64,000 nucleotides of DNA from Macrostomum lignano (taxonomy: Eukaryota): NCBI GenBank assembly GCA_002269645.1, contig NIVC01003618.1, positions 23,278 to 87,277 on the forward strand, in the 5' to 3' direction. The position numbers were made by a program, and so were the translations under genes. The notes beneath the pieces were generated by a model. It saw nothing but the letters and a program-made list of their open reading frames with translations. It did no database searches and was not told the DNA's origin. Position 1 is the first letter of the stretch. Each line of letters starts with the position of its first letter. Positions 29,262-42,057 of the stretch are shown here, piece after piece.

Positions 29262-30015
29262 CCTCCACACTTTGAGAACCTGTGTCTGCTCACTTGTTAT
29301 CCTACTCCCATTGTCCCCACCTCCACACTTTGAGAACCTGTGTCTGCTCACTTGTTATCCTACTCCCATTGTCCCCACCTCCACACTTTGAGAACCTGTG
29401 TCTGCTCACTTGTTATCCTACTCCCATTGTCCCCACCTCCACACTTTGAGAACCTGTGTCTGCTCACTTGTTATCCTACTCCCATTGTCCCCACCTCCAC
29501 ACTTTGAGAACCTGTGTCTGCTCACTTGTTATCCTTCTCCAATTGTCCCCACCTCCACACTTTGAGAACCTGTGTCTGCTCACTTGTTATCCTTCTCTCA
29601 TTGTCCCCACCTCCACACTTTGAGAACCTGTGTCTGCTCACTTGTTATCCTTCTCCCATTGTCCCCACCTCCACACTTTGAGAACCTGTGTCTGCTCACT
29701 TGTTATCCTACTCCCATTGTCCCCACCTCCACACTTTGAGAACCTGTGTCTGCTCACTTGTTATCCTTCTCTCATTGTCCCCACCTCCACACTTTGAGAA
29801 CCTGTGTCTGCTCACTTGTTATCCTTCTCTCATTGTCCCCACCTCCACACTTTGAGAACCTGTGTCTGCTCACTTGTTATCCTTCTCCCATTGTCCCCAC
29901 CTCCACACTTTGAGAACCTGTGTCTGCTCACTTGTTATCCTTCTCCCATTGTCCCCACCTCCACACTTTGAGAACCTGTGTCTGCTCACTTGTTATCCTT
30001 CTCCCATTGTCCCCA
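29262..30015. repeat. 58-bp minisatellite (CCTCCACACTTTGAGAACCTGTGTCTGCTCACTTGTTATCCTACTCCCATTGTCCCCA)
   Basis: About 13 units. Confidence 0.97.
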
Positions 30016-30507
30016 AATCCTCAGATCCGATTTTTGAGTCTGGTTCTTCATCACCTCACAGGCTGTCTGATAAAATCTTCTATCAAATCCGGAAACTGCT
30101 GCTGGCTAATTAAAACAAAAGTCCGCGGTAGCGTCCGGCCCTGCCGCCCCGCCGCAGCTCAGGAGGTGCTGATTTAAGCAACTGCTTGCCGACTCCCATT
30201 AATTTGAGCACCCTGGAGTCTGGACAGCTCGGACAAACTCGGACAGAACCCGGACAGAACTCTGCCTGCTTGGCCAATGTTTTCATTGCCAAAACTGATC
30301 GAATCCCCTTCAGCAATCAGCCCCGCTCCCAGCCCGCCTGCGCTTGAGGAGCCGCTGGCGAAGATGACTTCTGCCTGCCATATTGATCTGCGGACTCAGA
30401 ATAACTTTATTGAGTCTGCAGACTGGCCGGTTGCTGCGCACCGAAATGTTTGCTCTTTTATGCTCTGAGTTCGCTCTGTCTGTCTGTTTTGCCTGCTCAC
30501 CGACATG

Positions 30508-31032
30508 TAACCTGTTAGATACTTAGTTATAACCTGTTAGATACTTAGTTATAACCTGTTAGATACTGATTTGTAACCTGTAGATACTTAGTAATAACCT
30601 GTTAGATACTGAGTTGTAACCTGTTAGATACTGATTTGTAACCTGTAGATACTTAGTAATAACCTGTTAGATACTGATTTGTAACCTGTAGATACTTAGT
30701 AATAACATGTTAGATGCTGAGCTGTAACTGAGTTGATAGACACTCTGATGAGCAGTCACCTGTTAGACACCCTGATGTGCAGTCACCTGTTAGACACTCT
30801 GATGAGCAGTCACCTGTTAGACACCCTGATGTGCAGTCACCTGTTAGACACTCTGATGAGCAGTCACCTGTTAGACACTCTGATGAACAGTCACCTGTTA
30901 GACACTCTGATGAGCAGTCACATGTTAGACACTCTGATGAGCAGTCACCTGTTAGACACTCTGATGAGCAGTCACCTGTTAGACACTCTGATGAGCAGTC
31001 ACCTGTTAGACACCCTGATGTGCAGTCACCTA
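30508..31032. repeat. Adjacent ~22-bp (TAACCTGTTAGATACTTAGTTA) and 27-bp (GTCACCTGTTAGACACTCTGATGAGCA) arrays
   Basis: Periods measured directly; boundary at ~30725. Confidence 0.92.
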
Positions 31033-31334
31033 TCAGAAACAGGTGCATAAAAATACAACTTACCTTTAATGTTTTCGACAAAAGTACAGGTTTCAAGCTT
31101 TTATAGAATCAGATGTGGGCTCAGTCAAAACCAGTCACTTGAAACTCAAATCTCTCTGCTACTACAATTTTTTCAGCACATCTGCGATTCAAAAGTTAGC
31201 AAACAAGTCGTTAGCAACTGAGGGGAAAGCTTGCCAATCCCTGTAGCAATTTGCATCTTTGTTGTTTAAGTTTGAGTCCAAATTTAACCGCTAGCCTCCC
31301 GAAATTCGTCTTTTCAAATTTCAAATTCATGAGG

Positions 31335-31630
31335 GTGTTAGGCGGTTGTGGTTTCGTCCATTCTGCAGGGTGTTAGACAGGCGGTTGTGGTTTTGTCCTT
31401 TCTGCAGGGTGTTAGACAGATGGCTGTGTCCTTTCTGCAGGCTGTTAGACAGATGGCTGTGTCCTTTCTGCAGGCTGTTAGACAGATGGCTGTGTCCTTT
31501 CTGCAGGCTGTTAGACAGATGGCTGTGTCCTTTCTGCAGGGTGTTAGACAGATGGCTGTGTCTTCTGTGCAGGGTGTTAGACAGATGGCTGTGTGTGTCC
31601 ATTCTGCAGGCGTTAGACAGATGGCTGTGT
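31335..31630. repeat. 33-bp minisatellite, locus 2 (same family as 26115)
   Basis: Same unit, with a CAGGCTGTT variant. Confidence 0.95.
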
Positions 31631-33254
31631 GGCGGCCCTGATCTTCTCACCTGCAGTATACTCACTCAGGCTCTGCGCTTCACTGATTGCAGTCAGGAAT
31701 CGAACCCGCGAGCTTCAGTGCGTGGGTGGTGTTGGACTCCGTGATGGGCTGAAGTTCGCATGAACTCAAACATTTCTATTTTAATAAATTTCTATTTTAT
31801 TAACAGTTCCAAGTCCTTTGAGTCCTCCATCCGTGACCCGCGTGAATGCCCCACCCGCTGTGAGCGGCAAGACTCAACAAGTCCCGGTGCATCCGCTCCC
31901 CGGCAACCCGAACTCTGAGCAACTCTGTTTAATAATTGGGATCTGCATTCTGCACTACTTAGAAGTAGTGAATCTTGCAATTTTTATTCGATATGAATAC
32001 GATTTACAATTCACAAGGAAGCACTCAATCTTAATTTTCAATATAATAACTGTTCAGATTTTATCTTTGTAAGTTTTTAAGCTACGTGTGTACTGTAGAT
32101 TAAGATATGCATGCACCCCAGTCTTCTTATACTATAGCATTTTTCAAACGCCCGCATTGCGTGTTTTTGGTTGGTGAAAGCTTATGGTTTCGACCATAGA
32201 CAATAAAAACCGTTTAAGTCTTCCCATCGAATATTTAGTTCCATGCTCGCACTCACTTTCTACTAGCTTGAAAAATGCTATACTATATGTTCATTGAGAT
32301 GTACAGTATACCTACCCATAGTCTTCTTAAGCTACCATGTGTACATTAAGATGTACATTGTCGCTTTGAACTACACCATATGTACATGGAGATGTACATT
32401 GTACCCATGGCTTTCTTGAACTACCATTTGTACATTAAGATGTACATTCTACCCCAGCCTTCTTATGCTACCATGTGTGCATTAAGATGTACATTGTACC
32501 TTCCTGAACTACCTTGAGTACATTGTGAACTAAGTAAAAGACAGAAAATGTAAAAAATCATGTTTCTGCTTTCATATTTATTAGACAAATAAACCGCAGA
32601 AGTGAGCGAAAGCTGTGAAAATGTAGAATTTCTATAAAACAGAGAATCTTTAGTTAATACAAAAACCAGACACAACATCCGTAAAAAAGACATTAAAAGT
32701 GAAACGCGAACAGAAACTCAGCAGAAGTGAACAACCTGGTCTAATATCTAGCTAGCTGTGAGGCTGGAGAAGAGTGAAAGTATAAATTCTGTCTGTCATG
32801 CTGTGTGAAATGATTCGCAGGTGCAGCAGCAGGTTAGAGTTGGGGTCACCTTTTGGCACAGCGAGCTACCAGGTGCCGAATACAGAAGCTTTTTTTAAAA
32901 GTCATACTGGGGTTTTCGGTTCATGCAAAGCTCAATACTTCAGTTGTTTGCAGTGTTAAATAAAATTAATTGTAGCAAAATCGGGAAAGAGAGGCAAGGC
33001 ACAAAGTGAAGTCAGGCAGTTAGTTGCGTCTCTGCGGTGAGAGCACTCATCGAACTCTGGTTAGTTTTAGGCGGTCTAAAAATAACCAAAAATGGAACAG
33101 AAGCTGTGGAAACTGAGAAATTCCTAGAAAGCAGCCCAAAATCGATGAGCAATAAAAGTTTTTAAAAAGCTGCAAAACAGGGAACATTGCGCCGCCTTGT
33201 GTGAATTGACAAAAGCAGAGTCAAGGCTGTCTAAGATCTGACCTTCCGTAGTAG

Positions 33255-33955
33255 GTGGGGGGTTGGAGGGTCTGTGGGGATTTGGAGGGTCTGTGGGAGT
33301 TTGGAGGGTCTGTGGTGATTTGGAGGGTCTGTGGTGATTTGGAGGGTCTGTGGTGATTTGGAGGGTCTGTGGGGGGGGGTTTGGAGGGTCTGTGGGGGGT
33401 TTGGAGGGGTGTGTAGGGGTTTGGAGGGGTGTGTAGGGGTTTGGAGGGGTGTGTAGGGGTTTGAAGGGGTGTGTAGGGGTTTGAAGGGGTGTGTAGGGGT
33501 TTGGAGGGGTGTGTAGGGGTTTGGAGGGGTGTGCAGGGGTTTGGAGGGGTGTGTAGGGGTTTGGAGGGGTGTGTAGGGGTTTGGAGGGGTGTGTAGGGGT
33601 TTGGAGGGGTGTGTAGGGGTTTGGAGGGGTGTGTAGGGGTTTGGAGGGGTTTGGAGGGGTGTGTAGGGGTTTGGAGGGGTGTGTAGGGGTTTGGAGGGGT
33701 GTGTAGGGGTTTGGAGGGGTGTGTAGGGGTTTGGAGGGGTGTGTAGGGGTTTGGAGGGGTGTGTAGGGGTTTGGAGGGGTGTGTAGGGGTTTGTAGGGGT
33801 GTGTAGGGGTTTGGAGGGGTGTGTAGGGGTTTGGAGGGGTGTGTAGGGGTTTGGGTGTGTAGAGTCTGTGGGAGTTGGAGGGGGTCTGTGGGGGCCTGAA
33901 TTGTCTATGGGGGTTTCGAGGGTCTGTGGGGGTTTGGAGGGGTCTGTGGGGATTT
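33255..33955. repeat. G-rich 20-bp minisatellite (TTGGAGGGGTGTGTAGGGGT)
   Basis: 20-nt period with GGGG runs. Confidence 0.95.
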
Positions 33956-34149
33956 ATAGATGTATTATTAAACATCTAGTAAAATTTTAAAGCTTTAAAA
34001 AGTGGCTGCTGATAGAGAACTCACCACCCACGCATCTGAACCCACAAAGCCCCTTGACGTTCCAGCAGAGCAGCAAACCGAATAGTGAAAAAGCGGCAAA
34101 AATCACGTTTCAGGCATAAGCGAAAAGAAACAGTCAGCAGGCAGCAGTC

Positions 34150-36906
34150 CTACTTGGTGCTGGGGATGTGCAGCCCCAGCCCGCGCGGTCCCATGCGGTC
34201 GGTCCGCTCCGCTTCGTGCAGTTCGAAAGCCAGCGAGCGCTGCCTCTCAGAGCGGAACGTGTCCAGCCGCGATCGGGCGCTGCGTTCGAAGCGCGGCATC
34301 TTCCACAGCGAGGCGGAGGTGTGCTGCTCGGCTGGCAGCAGGTAGGACCGCAGCATGGAGGCCCGGGTCTCGTATGGCTGGCACATCAGCGGCTGCGGGC
34401 ATCGGGGGGCGGAGGGGCGGCGACCGCGGTAATCTGGTCTGCACGATTCGCTAAGGCACGGAGTAAGCACACGCCTGATAATGAGCACTCTCAGGGAGCG
34501 GTTCACCCCGTGTGTACGTGCTCAGGCAGGTAACACTGGAGACATATAACATGGAAGTGACGCTACTTTAAAAGTGCGTCCCTTGTGGACCAGCTCATGG
34601 CTGCGGGCTAGAGGAGGAGACGAAAGCAGAAGGAATAGAAGAGAGATAAGGAAAGAAGAGATGAGAGATGAGGATGGACATTAACCTCGGGGCCGTAGCC
34701 TGGTGATGTGCCGGCGGCCCAAGGCTCGATTCCGAGTGCATTCGCATAAAATTAGGGCTAAATTTGTCGTGCAATTAACGCCATTTAGGGCGAAACCTCA
34801 AGGCACAGTGAAGTGTACATGCCTAACGATAAATAAAGTCAGGACCTCTGTACACTCCTGTGTGGGTGTGTGCCTGTGGGCATGACTGCCTCCGTATCCT
34901 CGCGCTTGTGTGCCTGCTCAGGGGAGTAATGCCCCTCTCCGGTTGTGTGACAATGTCGCTTTTAAAGTGCGCCAGGACCTGCCTCTAATAAAAAATGGAC
35001 TTAAAATCTTTGATAAAGGCCCAGAGGGCCGGATAGAGAGGCTTCTCAGGCTGGAGTTTGCCGACGGAGAAGCGTCACAGTCTGCTCAAAACTTAATTCA
35101 GCAATTAAACTGACGACGCTTTATTCTATGACGCGCCATCAGTTTGAAATAGTATTTGGTAATTTAGTAAACACAGGTTTGCTTGAGCTCACAACAACCA
35201 TGGAGCATGGAGCTAGCGGTGTTGAAACGAGTTTTCCATCATAGACAAACTTCCAAAGCATTTTTTTCCCAGCTGCTTTCTCACCTTCTTGGGCGTGGCG
35301 GCCGCCCTGGCCTGGTTCCCGCTGACCTGATCCCGGATCCAGTCGTTTTGGAACTTGTAGGCGATCAGCTCATGGATTGGCGTGGACGGCCTGCGGTTCC
35401 GTGGCGGGGGTAGCGGTGATGAAGGAAGCTGCGTCTGCATACATGGGAGGACTGTCTACAGCTGTTCCCAACTCCCTCTCACCTGTTCCCAACTCCCCTC
35501 TCACCTGTTCCCAACTCCCCTCTCACCTGTTCCCAACTCCGTGCGCGGCATCCACAGGCGCGCGGCTGGTGGCAGCCCCAGTGCCGGAGGCGCGGCGGTC
35601 CCGCTCGGGCTGCTTCCGGTAGTCGTGCATCGCCCGGAAGTCGCGGTTCTCCCGCATGGTGGCGTAGCCGCTGCGGGCGGCGTCCCGGTTGAGCGACACG
35701 AAGTCCTTTGGCTGCTGTTTGGGGCGGTTGAGTAGCGATGAGGAGCCCGCATTGGCTGCCACGGGAGCGTCCGTCCAAGAAAAGGCTGGTTGACGGGTTT
35801 AGAGGGTTTGCAATGTTACCAAATTGTTATTAAACACTCCTTATAGTTTTGATTTGACTTGTTATTGACCTACCTTTCGGCAGTGCACTGTGGTCCCTGG
35901 CGGTGCTGATGCCCATGGTCATATTTGGTGGGAAGTGATGGCAGTGGGTCTTCGCTCGGGCCAGCTGCGACTAAAATTAATTATTGTGAGATTGGATTGG
36001 CTAAATCTGGGATTAAGAAAGTAAACAGTTTAGTTCATTGTTAAAACATTAAATGCTTAGAATTGATATACCACAGATGGCTTATTTGTTCAATTTATAT
36101 TATAATGATGTTACTTTTGGAAAAGCCTTGAAGATTTTAACAAAAAATAAATATCTATGCTTGATAAATTTCTAATGATATTCATACTTGAGAGGAAAAT
36201 TTCATGTTTTATTATAATTTAAAATTAAAGACACTTAGTCTAAGTGGAGCAGAAATATAATTATATCTTTGTATGTTAGCAAAAATAAACACTGTATGCC
36301 ACTTTTTTGTAGTAAAAAATAGTCGGAAAAATTTCCATTGCAATCAGACAATTGTCATTTTTTAAAATCACCAAAGCGAGTGGTCGCTTTGGATAAAAAA
36401 AGTTCCAGAAAAATTAAAAGTACAAGTATTGACTATGATATTTTTTTAATGGAAATAAACTCAAAAGTGAAAACTAATTTTAATTCTTTATTAAACAGAG
36501 TGACCTTAATTTATTGATGAGGCATGCAGATGTAGCATGCACATTGTTTTTTTTTCAGATTTCATAATTAAGAGAGGCACAGCAAATTAATTTTTTATTG
36601 TAACCGTGAAAATCTAAAACAAGAATGGCTTTCAAAAGTATTTGTGCTAGCGAAAAAAACTAATAAAAACTCACAGCTGTCTAGGCTAAACCCAGGTCAA
36701 ACCAGTTTCAACAGTAGATAAGCAAGTAAATTTACACTAGAGTGACTAGATATTTAGTTGACGGCCAGTGGCTCGCTACTAGTACAATACAGCATTTGCT
36801 CGTAAAGTCTTACTCTTTGATGTATCTCATTTTCCAGCATTGTCGGACGCTTATCGCCTAATACACCTGTCGCAGTATAGGTGTATCTGTCCACTGCCGC
36901 CGCCAT
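34150..36906 (-). CDS. CFAP77: Cilia- and flagella-associated protein 77, 5 exons (36906-36814, 35970-35874, 35785-35527, 35390-35285, 34392-34150), 265 aa
   Basis: All introns are GT-AG and phase-consistent (0,1,2,0). The spliced product has VLGDKRPTMLENEIHQRSQLARAK, KDFVSLNRDAARSGYATMREN, HGVGNRPSTPIHEL, PYETRASMLR and LWKMPRFERSARSRLDTFRSE, matching CFAP77 motifs recalled from memory (RNYIAMNRGAVKAG, RPSTP, YETRSS, LWHMPHF, HLDTF). Confidence 0.88.
34689..35010 (+). mobile_element. Probable tRNA-derived SINE in the last CFAP77 intron
   Basis: GGGGCCG TAGCCTGGTG (A-box at position 8) and GGCTCGATTCC (B-box, 34723). The body GTGCCTGCTCAGG..TCGCTTTTAAAGTGCG resembles 34510-34580. The 3' extent is approximate. 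Confidence 0.45.
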
Positions 36907-37209
36907 TCTCTATGCAAACGTGTTGAATTGAAAGGAGAAATAAATGTCAGGCACAAAAAGTAAAGGCAGTAAGAGTAGGCTTTTAATATTCTGGAATCAC
37001 AGACCCATGTTGAATTCTCGAGAAAATATCCCTAGGCAATTAATATTTTACACATATTAAGGCCCCTAATACAATATTAAGTACTTAAAACGTTTTCTAG
37101 GAGAAGAAAAACTTACGTTTTTACGCAAAACGCATTAGTAAGCTACCGACGTACTAGAATTTGTTTTAGTCTTAGATAAAATATACATAACCCGGCATTA
37201 AGTCCTTCT

Positions 37210-40200
37210 TCTAAATATACTAAATCTCTAAGGTTTGTTTGTATGCTTGCTTGTCCATAACGCTCTAGAGATTGCAATTCTTGACCGATTTCCAATATAC
37301 TAAAAATCAAAACTATGTACCTACCTACCTACCTATCTATCTATAGGAACCTTCGTTTAACTTAATTGACTTTGCGTGGTCCGAATTTCGTGGGGTTTGC
37401 TGCATTCGATGCGTATTTATGGTGCGCTGGTACACAAAATTTTGCTAAGAAATTGCTTAAATTTTTCGGGATTAAATATTCGAAAAACTCGATTTTTTGC
37501 CCCGTTTTTTTAAGTTCAAACAGTTTTTTCCGATTGAGGAGCGTTCTGACTGCCGATGGAATTGTATTGCACCATAACTCAGTGCCAACTATAGCATTGG
37601 TTCTCTACACTGGCGTGGAAAGCTACAAGCGTTGAAAGGTTGCGCAACACCTTTAAGTTATTGAAATTGGGAGGAGGGTGTCGCTATTCAATTTGTCCTG
37701 GGCATTGCTTGGTTGTTAATTTCAATGCATCAACTTGCAGGCCTCTCACTGTAGCTGGCGCTGAATGTACACCTTATGAATTTGAATGCTTTAAAGCAGG
37801 AATGTTTAATCGTTGTTTGTGCTTCGAGTTGTTCACTTTCAGAAGAGAGCCTTGTATTGCTGGAAAGAGCTAGAAACGCTGAGTTCGAGAATATAATTTG
37901 TTTGCAGAGATTCGAAAAATTAAAAGCACAGCATTAAAAAGAATATATTTTTATACTTTTTACTGTATATACTGATTGTACGCTCTCTCATATCGCAAAC
38001 CCCTACTTATCGCAACTCCACAATTTAAGCCAGCTATTGAATTTAGATTGAGATTGCGTAACCATATTGTTGACTTTAATTGTTGACTTTATTAATTGAA
38101 ACTGATATTGACCGCCTGAGAAATTGATTGATTATGTCATAACTGCTTCGAGTGATTTCTACTCTATGCTTGGAGTTTTCAAAGTGTTGAAATATATAAT
38201 TGCTAAAATTCATGTTATCAAAACGATAAGAGCTAGCCTAGAAGTGAACAGACTGAACTGCTAATGCAGTGACGTGGGTTCAAATTTTTGAGTGTTAAAG
38301 TTTTTTATTAAAAATTTTAATTTCAAGACAGTTAAAGGAAACTTAAAAAAACGTCAGGTAAATTAGGTAAAAGAGAAGAAGCTACGAGCGTTCATGTAGT
38401 ATATTCAAAAATTTTATTTAACTTTAAATTTTGAAAAGTTTTAAAAAGGACTATTCCAATAGATAAGAAATTAATTATTGTAATAGCTGACGAAATTGTT
38501 TCACAATCTTGCTGGGGGTACTTTCTATCAGGGGATGCTTGCTATCGGAAGGACGCTTGCTTTTGGGAATGCTTGCTCGGGGGAGATTGCTAACTGGGGG
38601 AATCACTGAGATGTCAAGGCTTGGCGGAGAAATTCCTGAGATGTCAAGTCTTAGAGGGAGGGAGGGAATTGCTGAGATGTCAAGGCTTCGGGGGAATCAC
38701 TGAGATGTCAAGGCTTCGGGGGAATCACTGAGATGTCAAGGCTTGGTAGGGAAATTCCTGAGACGTCAAGTCTCAGAGGGGGGGAATTGCTGAGATGTCA
38801 AGTCTTAGAGGGGGGGGGATTGCTGGGATGTCAAGTCTTAGAGGGGGGAATTGCTGGGATGTCAAGTCTTAGAGGGGGGAATTGCTGAGATGTCAAGTCT
38901 TAGAGGGGGGGGGGAATTGCTGAGATGTCAAGTCTTAGAGGGAGGGAGGGAATTGCTGAGATGTCAAGGCTTCGGGGGAATCACTGAGATGTCAAGGCTT
39001 TGGACGGTTAGAAATCGCTAAGATTTCAAGAGTTACTGAGGGAATTACTGAGATGTCAATGCTTAAGAGGGACTTGCTGAGATGCCAAGGCTTGGTGGGG
39101 AAATTCCTGAGATGTCAAGTCTTGGGGGGGGGGAATTGCTGAGATGCCAAGGCTTGAGGGCGAATTGCTGAGATGTGAAGGCTTGGGGGAATTTCCGAGA
39201 TGTCAATGCTTGGTGGGGAAATTCCTGAGAAGTCAAGTCTTAGAAGGGGGAATCTGTGAGATATCAAGTCTAAGGGGGGGGGGGAATTGCTGAGATGTGA
39301 AGGCTTGGGGGAATTTCCGAGATGTCAATGCTTGGTGGGGAAATTCCTGAGAAGTCAAGTCTTAGAAAGGGGAATCTGTGAGATATCAAGTCTAAGGGGG
39401 GGGAATTGCTGAGATGTGAAGGCTTGGGGGAATTTCTGAGATGTCAAAATCTTAGGGAAGGGAATTGCAGAGATTTCAAGTCCTGAGGGCGAATTGCTGA
39501 GATGTCATGTCTTTGGGGGGAATTCTATGGATTGGGGATTCTTTGAATGAGGGAGGGGTGCTTCTAATATATATATTTGGATAGTGATTCATTGGGGAAT
39601 TCCTTCTTTGGGGGATTATTATTTCGATGGAGGGTTCTTTGAATGGGGGATTCTTTAGATGAAGGCTTCTTTCTATAGAGTGATCCTTTGGATATGAGAT
39701 TATTTGGGGGGGGGGGGTTCTTTATGAGGGGATTCTTTGGATGGGGAGTATTTCGACGGTGGTTCTTTAGATGAGGGGATTCTTTGGCCAAGGATTCTTT
39801 TGATGGGGGATTTTTTGAATGGGAGATTCTTAAGAGGGGGAGTCTTTGGATAGGGATGAATGGGGGATTCTTTGGATAGGGATGGATGGGGGTTCTTTGG
39901 ATAGGGATGGATGGGGGTTCTTTGGATAGGGATGGATGGGGGGTTATTTGGATAGGGATGGATGGGGGTTCTTTGGATAGGGATGGATGGGGGGTTCTTT
40001 GGATGAGGGATTCTTTGGACGGGGATTCTGTGGAGTTCAAGTCTTAGGGGGGGGGGGGATTGCTGAGATGTCAACGCTTTTGACTGGGAGAAATTTTTAA
40101 GATGTAAAGGAATACATCTACTGTATTCTGAGATATTACTGAGATATTACTGAGGCCAATTACTGAGATATAAAGGCTTACTGGGTGAATTACTGAGATT

Positions 40201-42057
40201 TCACTGCTTAATGGGAAATTCCTTAGATGTCAAGTCTTACAGAGGGGAATTGCTGAGATGGCAAGACTTACTGGGGAATTACTGAGATATAAAGGCTTAC
40301 TGGGTGAATTACTGAGATTTCATTGCTTAATGGGAAATTCCTTAGATGTCAAGTCTTACAGAGGGGAATCGCTGAGATGGCAAGACTTACTGGGGGAATT
40401 ACTGAGATATAAAGGCTTACTGGGTGAATTACTGAGATTTCATTGCTTAATGGGAAATTCCTTAGATGTCAAGTCTTACAGAGGGGAATTGCTGAGATGG
40501 CAAGACTTACTGGGGGAATTACTGAGATATAAAGGCTTACTGGGGAATTTCTGAGATGTCAAGGCGTGGGGGAAGTTCTGAGATGTCAAGGCGTGGGAGG
40601 AATCACTGAGATGTCGAGACTTTAGACGGGGAGAAATTGCTAAGATGTCAAGTCTTAGGGGGGGGGGAATTACTGAGATGTCAAGGCTTAAGGGTAATTT
40701 TTGAAATGTTAAGTCTTGGGGAGGGGAATTACTGAGATTTCAAGGCTTGGTAGAAATCAAGGCTAGGATGTCAAGGCTAACTGCGGGAATTACGGGCGTA
40801 CTGAAATATCAAGGCTTGCGCCGGAATCGCTGAGATGTCAGAGCTTAAGAGGAAATTGCTGAAATGTCAAGTCTTGGGGGGATTTCTGAGGTGTCAAGGT
40901 TTGGGGGAATTGCTGAGATATTAAGTCTTGGGGGAAATTCTATGGATTGGGGATTTTTTGGATGAGGGGTGCTTCTAATGGATATCTTTGGATAGTTGAT
41001 TCATTGGGAACTTCCTTCGATGGGGGATTCTTTCGATAGAGGGTTCTTCCGATAAAGGGATCTTTTCGATATGGATTGGATTGGATTTGGATTGTTTGGA
41101 CGGGGATTCTTTGCATGAGGGGATTCTTTAGATGGGGGTTATTTGGATGGGGGTTCTTTAGATGAGGGGATTCTTTGGCCAAGGATTCTATTTGGATGGG
41201 AGATTCTTTGGATTCTTTGGATGGGGATTTCTTTGGATTCCTTGGATGGGGTTTCTGTTAATGGGGATTATTTGGATGTGGATTCTTTAGAGGGGGGTTT
41301 TCTGGAGGGGGATTCTTTGGATTCTTTGGATTGGGATTGTTTTGACGGGGGTTCTTTAGATGAGGGGATTCTCTTGTCAATGATTTTTTAGATAAGGGAT
41401 AATTTGGATGTGAGAATCTTTGGATTATTTAGATGGGGATTTTATGGATGGGGATTATTTGGATGTCGATTATTTAGATGGGGATTCTTTCGATATGGAT
41501 GGATTGGGGGATTCTTTAGATAGGAATGGACGCCGGGTTTTTCTGGATAGGGACGGATAGGAGGATTTTTTGGACAGGGATGGATGGGGGATTCTTTGGA
41601 TATGGATGGATTTGAGATTCTTTGGATATGGAAGGATGGGGGGATTCTTTGGATAGGGATGGATTTGAGATTCTTTGGATGGGATTCTTCGGATCGGGAT
41701 TATATCGATGGGGGGTTCTTTGAAAGGGGGATTCTTTGGATATAGGATTCTTTGCATGTGAGATTCTATTGATGGGCGATTCATTGGATGGGGAATTCTT
41801 CATATAGGAGGATTCCTTGAGTGGGGAATCGTGTGGATTGTGTGGGGTGGGGAATAGAGTAGATTCTATCGATAAGGGTTCTTTAGATGGGGGATTCTTT
41901 GGATAGGGAATTCTTTGCATGTGAGATTCTTTGCATCAGAGATTTTATAGATAGGGGATTTCTTGGATGAGGGATTCAGTTGGGTGAAATTTTATTGCGT
42001 GGGAAAACTGTGATTGGAGTTTTGACGGTAAGCCCCAACGGGTGTTGGATTGGCTAG
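37210..42057 (+). mobile_element. Non-autonomous Helitron-like element H1 (nested 5' ends at 37210 and 37291)
   Basis: 5' TCTAAATATACTAAATC..(GTTT/GCTT)n..ACCGATT and TCCAATATACTAAAAATC; ~1.2-kb core; two satellite blocks; 3' hairpin CCAAC-GGGT-GTTGG then GGCTAG (CTAG 42054-42057); no RepHel ORF. Confidence 0.65.
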
